Shown here: positions 9,239 to 19,674 of the stretch, in pieces
Numbering within the stretch: the stretch's first letter is position 1
Layout: every line of letters starts with the position of its first letter
Origin: Mycobacterium sp.
Lineage (GTDB): Bacteria; Actinomycetota; Actinomycetes; Mycobacteriales; Mycobacteriaceae
Length of the DNA stretch: 64,000 nucleotides
Assembly: GCA_035515675.1 (NCBI GenBank)
Contig: DATJBA010000122.1
Location: forward strand, 3,225 to 67,224
Direction of reading: 5' to 3'
Translations under genes and position numbers: made by a program
Notes under the pieces: generated by a model
What the model was told of the DNA's origin: nothing
The model's database searches: none
What the model saw: only the letters and a program-made list of their open reading frames with translations

Positions 9239-9589
9239 TTCTATCACCTGAAGCTGTGCTGCTTCGTGGTGATCGAACTGAAGGTCGGTGACTTCGATCC
9301 CAGCTATCTGGGGCAACTCGGTACATACATGGCCGCGGTAGATGACCTGCTGCGGCACACCGACGACAAGCCGACCATTGGGCTGATTTTGTGCAAAACG
9401 AAGAACAACGTCGTCGCCGAGTATGCCCTTCGCGGTCACACCGCGCCGATCGGTGTAGCGGAGTGGAAGACCGCTATTACCTAGAGCCTGCCTGCCGAAC
9501 TCGAATCCAGCCTGCCGACAGTCGAAGAACTCGAAGCCGAGCCGGCTGACGAGCCCGGAAGCCTCATGCACCAAGGGGAAGACCAATGA
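9239..9589 (+). pseudogene. DUF1016 (YhcG-like PDDEXK nuclease) C-terminal remnant with an in-frame TAG
   Basis: FYHLKLCCFVVIELKVGDFDPSYLGQLGTYMAAVDDLLRHTDDKPTIGLILCKTKNNVVAEYAL...PIGVAEW matches the DUF1016 core. An in-frame TAG sits at 9482-9484. It is followed by the family-typical LPAELESSLPTVEELEAE. There is no N-terminal part. Confidence 0.75.
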
Positions 9590-9860
9590 CTGGATTCAGT
9601 GAAGCCGACCGGGAACAGCTCGCGGTGGACACGCTCGGCGAACGCGAATGGCGGAAGCTCAGCGGAACACAGATCGCTCCGGGCGCTGAGGGTGGCCGGC
9701 AGTCGTGGGATGACGTTGTCTTGGTCGGCCGCATGCTCAACAAGATGCGCGAACTCAATCCCGACGTCCCGGCCGAATACCTCGACCAGGCCCACGCCGC
9801 GATCATCCAACCGCAGTCCCAGGATGCGATTGCCGATGCTAAGAACTTCGTTCTGAAATA
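9586..9860 (+). pseudogene. hsdR (type I restriction subunit) N-terminal remnant, about 90 codons
   Basis: MTGFSEADREQLAVDTLGEREW...RQSWDDVVLVGRMLNKMRELNPDVPAEYLDQA matches the HsdR N-terminus. The resemblance ends near 9855 and no helicase or nuclease motifs follow. The ATG overlaps the DUF1016 stop (ATGA). The 3' limit is approximate. Confidence 0.7.
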
Positions 9861-9923
9861 TTACAACGTTTGCTGCGCATACAGATGTGCGACTCAGTCG
9901 AGCCGCCAGACGCTCACGGTCGG

Positions 9924-10361
9924 TCAGCCGACCAAGGGATTCTTTACCGAGATCGCAGAACCAAATCGTCCGAAATCGCGGTCGGCCGACCACAACTCGC
10001 GCACGCCGTGTGCCGCGCACAAAGCGGCTATCCGCGCGTCGTGCACCATCGATCCGATGACCTTTCCCGCCGTGAGCGTCGTCTTCAGTCGGTCCCAGTA
10101 GCCTGCGGACTCGCTGAGCACGGACAGCGAAGGCGAAGCCAGCCAGGCATCGATTTGTGCTATTGCTTGGCTTTGGGTGCTAGGCGGGTCGTAGATCCTC
10201 GGATGCGTGCTGATTGCGAAGAACTCGTGCAGGCATGGCCAGGGAATCGCCCACGCGGACTTGCCTTCGGCGAGTAGCTTGATCCGCTCGGCCGCAGCGG
10301 AGTGGAACTCGGCGTCTCGCCGATGGGCATACACCAGGATGTTGGTGTCGACGGCAATCAC
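9924..10361 (-). CDS. vapC: PIN-domain toxin VapC
   Basis: GTG 10359-10361 overlaps the vapB stop (GTGA). [13 protein letters not shown]...HDARIAALCAAHGVRELWSADRDFGRF is a typical PIN/VapC. Confidence 0.8.
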   Translation of the reverse strand: MIAVDTNILVYAHRRDAEFHSAAAERIKLLAEGKSAWAIPWPCLHEFFAISTHPRIYDPPSTQSQAIAQIDAWLASPSLSVLSESAGYWDRLKTTLTAGKVIGSMVHDARIAALCAAHGVRELWSADRDFGRFGSAISVKNPLVG

Positions 10362-10600
10362 GCCTGGTGGCCATAGATCTCGTCGCGAACCTTCTCCCAC
10401 GACGCGCCGCGGAACTCTGGCTGTAATCCCCGACCGTCGACGCTGGCGTCGGTCAGCACGAAAGACGCGGCACTGGAGCGTTGCTTGACCACGGCGCGCA
10501 GGCCGGTCTCGATCAACTCGCGCAGCGTCGTCCGCTCGCGGCGGGCGAGTTCCTGCGCCTCGCGCACGAGCCCATCGGGAAGATTGACGGTGGTCTTCAT
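10358..10600 (-). CDS. vapB: VapB-type antitoxin
   Basis: [38 protein letters not shown] is a typical ribbon-helix-helix-like VapB N-terminus. It lies immediately upstream of vapC. Confidence 0.75.
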   Translation of the reverse strand: MKTTVNLPDGLVREAQELARRERTTLRELIETGLRAVVKQRSSAASFVLTDASVDGRGLQPEFRGASWEKVRDEIYGHQA

Positions 10601-10715
10601 ATGGCTAACCGTATCACTTCGACCATACCACCATATGCGCAGCCTCCCGCGCCCTGCGCATGCTGGTGCCCTACCTCAGATCGGGTCTGCGACCCGCAAC
10701 GTTAAGGTGAGCGCC

Positions 10716-11480
10716 GTGGCCCAGACCGCGCCGCTCCGCGTGCAACTGATCGCCAGGACCGAGTTCCTGGCGCCGCCGGACGTGCCGTGGACCACCGACG
10801 CCGACGGGGGCCCCGCGCTGACCGAGTTCGCCGGCCGGGCGTGCTATCAGAGCTGGTCGAAGCCCAATCCCAAAACCGCGACCAACGCCGGCTACATCAA
10901 GCACATCATCGACGTCGGGCACTTTTCGGTGCTCGAGCACGCGAGTGTGTCGTTCTACATCACCGGCATCTCGCGGTCGTGCACGCACGAGCTGATCCGG
11001 CATCGGCATTTCTCCTACTCGCAGCTGTCGCAACGCTATGTGCCGGAAGGGGATTCGCGGGTCGTTATCCCACCGGGCATGGACGACGACCCCGAACTGC
11101 AGCGGATCCTGACCGACGCCGCCGACGCCGGCCGCGCCACCTACATCGAGCTGCTGGCCAAGCTGGAAGCCAAGTTCATGGCGGGCGAGCCCGCCGGGAA
11201 TAGGGCCGTTCTGCGGCGCAAGCAGGCGCGTCAAGCCGCTCGCGCTGTGCTGCCCAACGCCACCGAAACCCGCATCGTCGTGACCGGAAACTACCGGGCA
11301 TGGCGGCACTTCATCGCCATGCGCGCCAGCGAGCACGCAGACGTGGAAATCCGCCGGCTGGCCATCGAGTGTCTGCGCCAGCTCGCCGATGTGGCACCCG
11401 CGGTGTTCGCCGACTTCGAGATCTCCACCCTGGCCGACGGCACCGAGGTCGCCACCAGTCCGTTAGCCACCGAAGCCTGA
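10716..11480 (+). CDS. thyX: flavin-dependent thymidylate synthase ThyX
   Basis: [28 protein letters not shown]... with the ThyX motif [14 protein letters not shown]. Start is GTG 10716 (or 10707). Confidence 0.95.
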   Translation: MAQTAPLRVQLIARTEFLAPPDVPWTTDADGGPALTEFAGRACYQSWSKPNPKTATNAGYIKHIIDVGHFSVLEHASVSFYITGISRSCTHELIRHRHFSYSQLSQRYVPEGDSRVVIPPGMDDDPELQRILTDAADAGRATYIELLAKLEAKFMAGEPAGNRAVLRRKQARQAARAVLPNATETRIVVTGNYRAWRHFIAMRASEHADVEIRRLAIECLRQLADVAPAVFADFEISTLADGTEVATSPLATEA

Positions 11481-11752
11481 GCCAGAATCCTCATCTGTCA
11501 CTGCAGTCACCCGATGGGGCCTGGTGGACCTTTGCCCGGCTCATAGCGACAAAGATCTTGGCTGTTGCGGCTAGGACCGGGCTGTCGCTGGCAGGCGGGC
11601 ACATCGGCATACCTGAGATTTTCGGTGACTCCTGGGACTCCCGAGCCATTAGCCCAGCGCGCACGATGGCGTCGACGAAAAGGGCACCTTCGCTCGCCGT
11701 ACGAACACACGCGCTCGCGCGGATGCTAAAAAGCTTGGCACCCGCCAGGTAA

Positions 11753-12664
<912 letters not shown>

Positions 12665-12671
12665 GTCAAAG

Positions 12672-14348
12672 GTGAACGAAGACCTTGCCCCACCCGGTCC
12701 TCTGGCTCCGGGCGGGTTGCGGGTCACCGCGCTGGGCGGCATCAGCGAAATCGGCCGCAATATGACGGTTTTCGAGCACCTGGGCCGGTTGCTGATCATC
12801 GACTGCGGGGTGATGTTTCCCACCCACGACGAGCCGGGTGTCGATCTGATCTTGCCGGACATGCGCCATATCGAGGACCGGCTCGACGACATCGAGGCGC
12901 TGGTGCTGACCCATGCGCACGAGGACCACATCGGGGCGATCCCATTCCTGCTCAAGCTGCGACCGGACATCCCCGTCGTCGGGTCGAAGTTCACCTTGGC
13001 GCTGGTCGCCGCGAAATGCCGCGAGCACCGCATCAAGCCGGTGTTCGTCCAGGTCGCCGAGGGCCAGAGCACCAGGCACGGCGTGTTCGACTGCGAATAC
13101 TTCGCCGTCAACCACTCCATCCCGGACGCGCTGGCCATTGCGGTCTACACGGGGGCGGGAACCGTTTTGCACACCGGTGACATCAAGCTCGACCAACTAC
13201 CGCTGGACGGCCGGCCCACCGACCTGCCTGCCATATCCCGGCTGGGCGACGCCGGTGTGGACCTGTTCCTGTGCGACTCGACCAACTCCGAGATCCCCGG
13301 TGTCGGGCCGTCGGAAAGCGAGGTGGGCCCGACGCTGCACCGGCTGATCCGGGGCGCCGACGGCCGCGTCATCGTGGCGTGCTTCGCCTCCAATGTGGAC
13401 CGGGTGCAACAGATCATCGATGCCGCGGTGGCATTGGGCCGACGGGTGTCGTTCGTCGGGCGATCCATGCTGCGCAACATGGGCATCGCCCGGGAACTGG
13501 GTTTCTTGCGGGTGGACGATTCCGACCTGATCGACATCTCCGCCGCCGAGATTATGGCGCCCGAGAAGGTGGTGCTGATCACCACCGGCACCCAGGGCGA
13601 GCCGATGTCGGCGTTGTCGCGGATGTCGCGCGGCGAGCATCGCAGCATCACGTTGACCGCAGGTGACCTCGTCGTGTTGTCATCGTCGCTGATCCCCGGC
13701 AACGAGGAGGCGGTCTACGGTGTTATCGACGCGCTGTCCAAGATCGGAGCTCGCGTCGTCACCAATGCCCAAGCCCGGGTGCATGTTTCAGGCCACGCCT
13801 ACGCCGGTGAGCTGCTGTTCCTGTACAACGGGGTGCGGCCGCGCCACGTCATGCCGGTGCACGGGACCTGGCGGATGCTGCGCGCCAACGCCAAGCTGGC
13901 GGCCCGCACCGGAGTGCCGCAGGAGTCAATTCTGCTGGCCGAGAACGGTGTCAGCGTCGACCTGGTTGCCGGCAAGGCCTCAGTCGCCGGAGCGGTGCCA
14001 GTCGGCAAGATGTTCGTCGACGGTCTGATCACCGGCGATGTCGGCGATATCACCTTGGGTGAGCGGCTCATTTTGTCGTCGGGTTTCGTCGCGGTGACCG
14101 TGGTGGTGAAGCGCGGCACCGGGCGTCCCGTGGTTGCGCCGCAACTACATTCACGCGGATTCTCCGAAGACCCCAAGGCGCTCGAGCCCGCCGTGCGCAA
14201 GGTCGAGGTGGAGCTGGAGTCGCTGGTCGCCGCCAACGTGACCGATCCGATCCGGATCGCCCAGGGCGTGCGCCGCAGCATCGGCAAGTGGGTGGGCGAA
14301 ACCTACCGTAGGCAGCCGATGATCGTGCCGACGGTCATCGAGATCTGA
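12672..14348 (+). CDS. rnj: ribonuclease J
   Basis: Metallo-beta-lactamase motif THAHEDHIGAIPFLL and a beta-CASP layout. The 558 codons from GTG 12672 match the size I recall for Rv2752c. Confidence 0.93.
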   Translation: MNEDLAPPGPLAPGGLRVTALGGISEIGRNMTVFEHLGRLLIIDCGVMFPTHDEPGVDLILPDMRHIEDRLDDIEALVLTHAHEDHIGAIPFLLKLRPDIPVVGSKFTLALVAAKCREHRIKPVFVQVAEGQSTRHGVFDCEYFAVNHSIPDALAIAVYTGAGTVLHTGDIKLDQLPLDGRPTDLPAISRLGDAGVDLFLCDSTNSEIPGVGPSESEVGPTLHRLIRGADGRVIVACFASNVDRVQQIIDAAVALGRRVSFVGRSMLRNMGIARELGFLRVDDSDLIDISAAEIMAPEKVVLITTGTQGEPMSALSRMSRGEHRSITLTAGDLVVLSSSLIPGNEEAVYGVIDALSKIGARVVTNAQARVHVSGHAYAGELLFLYNGVRPRHVMPVHGTWRMLRANAKLAARTGVPQESILLAENGVSVDLVAGKASVAGAVPVGKMFVDGLITGDVGDITLGERLILSSGFVAVTVVVKRGTGRPVVAPQLHSRGFSEDPKALEPAVRKVEVELESLVAANVTDPIRIAQGVRRSIGKWVGETYRRQPMIVPTVIEI

Positions 14349-14357
14349 ATCCCGCCG

Positions 14358-15236
14358 CTAGGTCTTCGTCTTCTTCGCGTAGGCCGACCATTCCAGCTGC
14401 GAGGCCTGGAGTTTGCGGCCGGTGGGCTTCAGGTAGCGCTGGACAAGTTCATCGGGACCGGCCTGCTCCACCAGCCGCCACCCGTATTCGGCGATAAACT
14501 GCGCGACCTGATCGGGCTGCAGGCCGAAATGCCATAGTTGCCGGCGCTGGCGGACGTTGCGGTACAGAGTCCGGGTGCCATACCGATTCGTCCCGTCGAT
14601 GAAGTCCCTGCGGACGTAGGTGAACACCAATCGGCTACCGGGGGCAGCCGCCCGTAGTCCCTCTAAGGTCCGCCGGACGGTCTTTTCGGAAAGGTATTGG
14701 GTAACGCCTTCGCAAATGAAAAAGGCCCGGTAATCGGTGCGATACCCGTGCTCGGCCAACGAGGTGAGCAGGTCATCGCGCTCAAGGTCCAGTGCCACCA
14801 ACCGAACCGACAGCGGAAGCTCGCCCAGCACCCGCCGGACCGTTTCGGCTTTCCTGGCGATGTTGACCGGCAGGTCTACTTCGAAGACCGGGATGCGGAC
14901 CTGTCGCGTCAGCAGGTAAGCGCGGGTATCCAATCCGGCGCCGAGGATGACAACCGCGTCGATGTCGTCGAGCGCTTCGTTGAGCTTGTCGGCGATGAAG
15001 CGCTTACGGCAGGCCAGATTGGCCCACAGCCCGGGGCCGGACCACTCCGATCCGCGGATCATCAGGCGGCGAACCGGCGCCGACCGGGTCGCAGCGACGA
15101 GCCATCGCAGTGGGGCCGGCAAAAACAGGTCCGCGAGGTCGTCATCGATCAGGCGGCGGCCGGGTGGCTCATTTTGCTCGACGGCCGCCAACACCATTGG
15201 GCCGAAGGCGGTCTGCGCCACAGGATTTCGTGCCAT
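14358..15236 (-). CDS. class I SAM-dependent methyltransferase (leucine carboxyl methyltransferase-like; Rv2751-like)
   Basis: The SAM-binding stretch VVILGAGLDTRAYLL and the N-terminal AQTAFGPMVLAAVEQ are typical of this mycobacterial family. Confidence 0.8.
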   Translation of the reverse strand: MARNPVAQTAFGPMVLAAVEQNEPPGRRLIDDDLADLFLPAPLRWLVAATRSAPVRRLMIRGSEWSGPGLWANLACRKRFIADKLNEALDDIDAVVILGAGLDTRAYLLTRQVRIPVFEVDLPVNIARKAETVRRVLGELPLSVRLVALDLERDDLLTSLAEHGYRTDYRAFFICEGVTQYLSEKTVRRTLEGLRAAAPGSRLVFTYVRRDFIDGTNRYGTRTLYRNVRQRRQLWHFGLQPDQVAQFIAEYGWRLVEQAGPDELVQRYLKPTGRKLQASQLEWSAYAKKTKT

Positions 15237-15243
15237 CAGCTTG

Positions 15244-16077
15244 CTACTTGTTCACGTAGCCCGCGTCGACCGGCAAGGTAACGCCGGTGATGTAGCGAGC
15301 CTGGTCGGATACCAACCACGTTACGGCGTTGGCGATGTCATCGGGCTGCAGAACCTGCACCGGCAACGCGTTGCCCATGTCCGGCGGCGAATCGGAGGCC
15401 GCGGCCAGGTCGGCAAGCCACTGCCGAGTGAATTCGTTGTTGATCATCGGGGTGTTTACACCGGACGGATGTATCGAGTTGACCCGGATGCTGTGCTTTG
15501 CAAGCAAATTCGCGTACACGCGCATCAAGCCGATCACCCCGTGCTTGGCGGCGGCATAGCCGATGGAACCGGCATCGGCACTGCCGATGCCGGCCAGTCC
15601 CGCGGCCGAACTGATCAGCACGATCGATCCGCCGGCGCCCTGAGAGATCATGGTCGGTATCGCGGTCTCCACAGTGTGGAAAACGCCGGTGAGGTTGACG
15701 TCGATGACGTCGCGCCAGCCGTCACCGCCCGATTGCATGGGAGCGATACCGGCGTTGGCCACGACAATGTCGAGTCGGCCGAACTCATCGAGGCCCGCCT
15801 GCACTGCGGCCGACAGCGATCCGCGATCGCGTACGTCGCCCTGTTTGGCCACGATGCGAGAGCCGGTGTCCTCGACGAGCTTGACGGTGGCCGCCAGGTC
15901 GTCCGGGGTAGCCAGTGGATACGGGACGCTGGCGATCTGCTCGCACAGGTCGACTGCGATCACGCTCGCGCCGTCGGCGGCCAGTCGAACCGCGTGTGCG
16001 CGGCCCTGGCCGCGCGCGGCTCCGGTGATGAGCGCGACTTGGCCTTTTAGTGGCCCGTCGGGCGACCGGTCGGTCAC
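15244..16077 (-). CDS. short-chain dehydrogenase/reductase (mycofactocin-coupled SDR type; Rv2750-like)
   Basis: [15 protein letters not shown] cofactor motif and catalytic YAAAKHG. GTG 16075-16077 overlaps the stop of the upstream ABM gene (GTGA). Confidence 0.85.
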   Translation of the reverse strand: MTDRSPDGPLKGQVALITGAARGQGRAHAVRLAADGASVIAVDLCEQIASVPYPLATPDDLAATVKLVEDTGSRIVAKQGDVRDRGSLSAAVQAGLDEFGRLDIVVANAGIAPMQSGGDGWRDVIDVNLTGVFHTVETAIPTMISQGAGGSIVLISSAAGLAGIGSADAGSIGYAAAKHGVIGLMRVYANLLAKHSIRVNSIHPSGVNTPMINNEFTRQWLADLAAASDSPPDMGNALPVQVLQPDDIANAVTWLVSDQARYITGVTLPVDAGYVNK

Positions 16078-16385
16078 CGGCGTAGCAGTCCTTTGTCCGG
16101 ATCGCCCGCGGGAACCGGCTGCAGCATCTTGACGTCCATCGCTCCGGCCAGGTGCTCGCCGGCCGCCATGACCATCTTGGTGACCGCGGGCGTGGTGCTG
16201 TGCACCTCGAGTGCTTCGGGATCGGCCCATCGCTCGACGAACACGAAGGTCTCGCCGGTCTGGTGCAGCGAGTACAACCGGCAGCCGGGTTCGCCGTGCA
16301 CTTCCTCGACCGCGCGCGTGAGGATGTTGCGGACGGTGTCGACCGATTCAGGTTTGATGGTCAAGGTGGCGACGACGACGGGCAT
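16074..16385 (-). CDS. antibiotic-biosynthesis-monooxygenase (ABM) domain protein (Rv2749-like)
   Basis: 103-aa ferredoxin-like ABM pattern ([11 protein letters not shown]...[16 protein letters not shown]). Confidence 0.75.
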   Translation of the reverse strand: MPVVVATLTIKPESVDTVRNILTRAVEEVHGEPGCRLYSLHQTGETFVFVERWADPEALEVHSTTPAVTKMVMAAGEHLAGAMDVKMLQPVPAGDPDKGLLRR

Positions 16386-16543
16386 GCCAGGGCCTCCTGG
16401 GAGCTGCGGGGGTAGGTGACGGCGTGACTTTTATCACCGGTTGTCACCCTACCCACGCGTCCTGACGATCGGGCCAACTGGGGGAGAGCGTTGCCAGTGT
16501 GGCGGGTGGTGCAGATGATGTGTTTGCGACTACCCTTGGCGAC

Positions 16544-19027
16544 ATGGCTAGTAAGACCGTCGCCCGCTCCGGGGCCCGAACGAGCAGGTCAAAGGCCCGG
16601 TCCCGAAGTGCGCGACCAGCAGCATCCCGCAGAAGGGTGACCAGGCACGCCAAACGGCGTAACCGGTCGCTGCTGGTCGCCGCCGGGCTGACCTGCGGCC
16701 GGGCCATGCGCGCCACCTGGCTGATGGCGGCACGGGGCACCGGCGGTGCGGCGCGGTCGATCGGGCGGGCCCGCGGCATCGAGCCCGGACATCGCCGCGA
16801 CGGAATCGCGCTGGTTCTGCTCGGCCTTGCCGTTGTGGTCGCCGCGAGCTCGTGGTTCGACGCCGCTCGGCCGATCGGCGCGTGGGTCGACGCCGTGCTC
16901 CGGACATTCATCGGCTCGGCTGTCCTGGTGCTCCCAGTGGTCACTGCGGCGGTGGCGGTGACTTTGATGCGGACCCGGCCCAACCCCGATGCGCGGCCCA
17001 GGCTGATCCTTGGCGCGAGCTTGATCGCTCTTTCGCTTCTCGGGCTACGCCACCTGTGGTCCGGTTCGCCCGAAGATCCCGAATTACGGCGCCGCGCGGG
17101 AGGATTCATCGGGTTTGCCATCGGAGGGCCGCTGTCGGACGGGTTGACGGCCTGGATCGCCGCGCCGCTGTTGTTCCTCGGCGCGCTGTTCGGGCTGCTG
17201 TTGTTGACCGGGACCACGATCCGCGAGGTGCCCGATGCGGTGCGTGCCATGTTCGGCACCCGGCTGTTCGGATGTGATTACGCCGACGAGGCTGAATACG
17301 ATGACTACGGCGACGAGTTCGCCGACGATGCAGACATCGGAGCGCGCGAAGACTTTTCCGACGGTTGCTACGATGACGCGTCTTTTCACCCTGAAAACGA
17401 GCCACAGCCGTGGCCGTCGGCCGATTCTGCGCAGGTCCCTCTCGAAGATGACATTCCCACCGTTCCGGAACCTGCCGCGCGGAGCCGCCGTCGCGGCCGA
17501 TCCGCGGGAAAGCAGGGCGAGCTGGACCGGGTCATCGAGGGCCCCTACACGCTGCCGTCGCTGAGCCTGCTGGTGGCGGGGGACCCGCCGAAGAAACGCA
17601 GTACCGTCAACAACCACATGGCCACCGCTATCGGCGAGGTGCTCACCCAGTTCAAGGTCGACGCGGCCGTCACCGGCTGCACCCGCGGGCCCACCGTCAC
17701 CCGATACGAGGTCGAGCTGGGCCCCGGCGTCAAGGTGGAGAAGATCACCGCGCTGCAGCGCAACATCGCCTACGCGGTGGCCACCGAGAGTGTCCGCATG
17801 CTGGCCCCGATCCCGGGCAAGTCCGCGGTGGGTATCGAGGTGCCCAACACCGACCGGGAAATGGTGCGGCTGGCCGACGTGCTCACCGCGCCTTCGACTC
17901 GCCGCGACCACCACCCGCTGGTGATCGGGCTGGGCAAGGACATCGAAGGGGATTTCATCTCGGCCAACCTGGCCAAGATGCCGCACCTGTTGGTCGCCGG
18001 CTCCACCGGATCCGGTAAGTCCAGCTTCGTCAACTCGATGCTCGTGTCGCTGCTGACCCGGGCCACTCCCGAAGAGGTCAGGATGATCCTGATCGACCCG
18101 AAGATGGTGGAACTGACGCCATATGAAGGCATTCCGCATCTGATCACTCCGATCGTCACCCAGCCGAAGAAGGCGGCGGCTGCGCTGGCGTGGCTGGTCG
18201 AGGAGATGGAGCAGCGCTACCAGGACATGCAGGCGTCGCGGGTGCGCCACATCGACGACTTCAACGACAAGGTGCGCTCCGGTGCGATCACGGCGCCGCT
18301 GGGCAGTCAGCGTGAGTACCGGCCCTACCCATACGTCGTGGCGATCGTCGACGAGCTGGCCGACCTGATGATGACCGCGCCGCGTGACGTCGAAGACGCC
18401 ATCGTGCGGATCACCCAGAAAGCCCGCGCCGCGGGCATCCACCTGGTGCTGGCCACCCAGCGCCCGTCGGTCGATGTGGTCACCGGGCTCATCAAGACCA
18501 ACGTGCCGTCCCGGCTGGCATTTGCCACGTCGTCGCTCACCGACAGCCGGGTGATCCTGGACCAGGCCGGCGCGGAAAAGCTGATCGGGATGGGCGACGG
18601 CCTGTTCCTGCCGATGGGCGCGAACAAACCCGTCCGGTTGCAGGGCGCGTTCATCACCGACGAGGAGATCCACGCCGTCGTCAACGCCTGCAAAGACCAG
18701 GCCGAACCCGAATACACCGAAGGTGTTACCACTGCCAAGCCCAGCAGTGAGCGCACCGATGTCGATTCAGACATCGGCGACGACATGGATGTATTCCTGC
18801 AGGCCGTCGAGCTGGTGGTGTCCAGCCAGTTCGGCTCCACCTCGATGCTGCAGCGCAAGCTGCGCGTCGGCTTTGCCAAAGCCGGCCGGTTGATGGATCT
18901 GATGGAGACCCGCGGCATCGTCGGGCCCAGCGAGGGATCCAAGGCGCGCGAGGTGATGGTCAAGCCCGACGAGCTGGCCGCGACGCTGGCCGCGATCCGG
19001 GGCCTGGGTGGATCCGACGGCGGTTAG
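16544..19027 (+). CDS. ftsK: DNA translocase FtsK
   Basis: N-terminal TM segments, an acidic linker, the Walker A motif GSTGSGKSS, and a C-terminal gamma domain (MLQRKLRVGFAKAGRLMDLME). The start at MASKTVARSG is chosen by memory of the H37Rv protein. Confidence 0.95.
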   Translation: MASKTVARSGARTSRSKARSRSARPAASRRRVTRHAKRRNRSLLVAAGLTCGRAMRATWLMAARGTGGAARSIGRARGIEPGHRRDGIALVLLGLAVVVAASSWFDAARPIGAWVDAVLRTFIGSAVLVLPVVTAAVAVTLMRTRPNPDARPRLILGASLIALSLLGLRHLWSGSPEDPELRRRAGGFIGFAIGGPLSDGLTAWIAAPLLFLGALFGLLLLTGTTIREVPDAVRAMFGTRLFGCDYADEAEYDDYGDEFADDADIGAREDFSDGCYDDASFHPENEPQPWPSADSAQVPLEDDIPTVPEPAARSRRRGRSAGKQGELDRVIEGPYTLPSLSLLVAGDPPKKRSTVNNHMATAIGEVLTQFKVDAAVTGCTRGPTVTRYEVELGPGVKVEKITALQRNIAYAVATESVRMLAPIPGKSAVGIEVPNTDREMVRLADVLTAPSTRRDHHPLVIGLGKDIEGDFISANLAKMPHLLVAGSTGSGKSSFVNSMLVSLLTRATPEEVRMILIDPKMVELTPYEGIPHLITPIVTQPKKAAAALAWLVEEMEQRYQDMQASRVRHIDDFNDKVRSGAITAPLGSQREYRPYPYVVAIVDELADLMMTAPRDVEDAIVRITQKARAAGIHLVLATQRPSVDVVTGLIKTNVPSRLAFATSSLTDSRVILDQAGAEKLIGMGDGLFLPMGANKPVRLQGAFITDEEIHAVVNACKDQAEPEYTEGVTTAKPSSERTDVDSDIGDDMDVFLQAVELVVSSQFGSTSMLQRKLRVGFAKAGRLMDLMETRGIVGPSEGSKAREVMVKPDELAATLAAIRGLGGSDGG

Positions 19028-19092
19028 CGCCGAACGTGAACTCACTGCGAAAAATCGGCTGAAATTTCTCGCAATGAGTTCACGTTCGGCGC
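19027..19092. terminator. 24-bp imperfect inverted repeat between convergent ftsK and argA (bidirectional terminator candidate)
   Basis: GCGCCGAACGTGAACTCACTGCGA (19027-19050) pairs with TCGCAATGAGTTCACGTTCGGCGC (19069-19092). There is one mismatch and an 18-nt loop. The arms abut both stop codons. Confidence 0.55.
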
Positions 19093-19093
19093 A

Positions 19094-19618
19094 TTACAAC
19101 ACCAGCAGCATCCGGGAGTTGCCCAGGATATTCGGCTTGACGTAGCTCAGATCCAGGAATTCGGCGACGCCGACGTCGTAGGAGCGGCACATTTCTTCGT
19201 ACACCTCGGCGGTGACCGGCGTGCCCTCGATCTCGGTGAAGCCGTGCTTGCCGAAGAACTCGGTCTCGAAGGTCAACACGAACAGCCGCTCCAGCTGGAG
19301 CTCGCGAGCGACTTCCAACAGCCGATCGACGATCGCGTGGCCGATACCGTGGCCGGTCGTCGCCGGGTCGACCGCGACGGTTCGGATCTCGCCGAGATCA
19401 GACCACAACACGTGCAGCGCCCCGCAACCGACCACTTTGCCCGGAAAGTCGGGGCATTCGGCCACCCAGAATTCCTGGACGGCCTCATAGAGCGTCACCA
19501 GGTTTTTTTCCAGCAGGATCCTTCCCGCATACGTGTCGACGAGTTGTTTGATCGCGGGGACATCAGATGTTCGCGCGCGCCGGACCACCGGCCGGTAATC
19601 CCGTGGACTTTCGGTCAC
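19094..19618 (-). CDS. argA: GNAT amino-acid N-acetyltransferase (ArgA, Rv2747-like)
   Basis: PVVRRARTSDVPAIKQLVDTYAGRILLEKNLVTLYEAVQEFWVAE...NILGNSRMLLVL is nearly as I recall for Rv2747. Start is GTG 19618 (alternative ATG 19636). Confidence 0.85.
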   Translation of the reverse strand: MTESPRDYRPVVRRARTSDVPAIKQLVDTYAGRILLEKNLVTLYEAVQEFWVAECPDFPGKVVGCGALHVLWSDLGEIRTVAVDPATTGHGIGHAIVDRLLEVARELQLERLFVLTFETEFFGKHGFTEIEGTPVTAEVYEEMCRSYDVGVAEFLDLSYVKPNILGNSRMLLVL

Positions 19619-19674
19619 GGCTAACAGTATCGACATCAGGGACGGCTGCGCTGGTCAACCGTTATTCTGTTGCC

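Noticed and set aside
19027-19092. The ftsK/argA inverted repeat as the ends of a mobile element or a protein-binding palindrome
   Set aside because: It is a single copy in this window and has no flanking direct repeats. It sits exactly between two convergent stop codons, so a bidirectional terminator is the economical reading.
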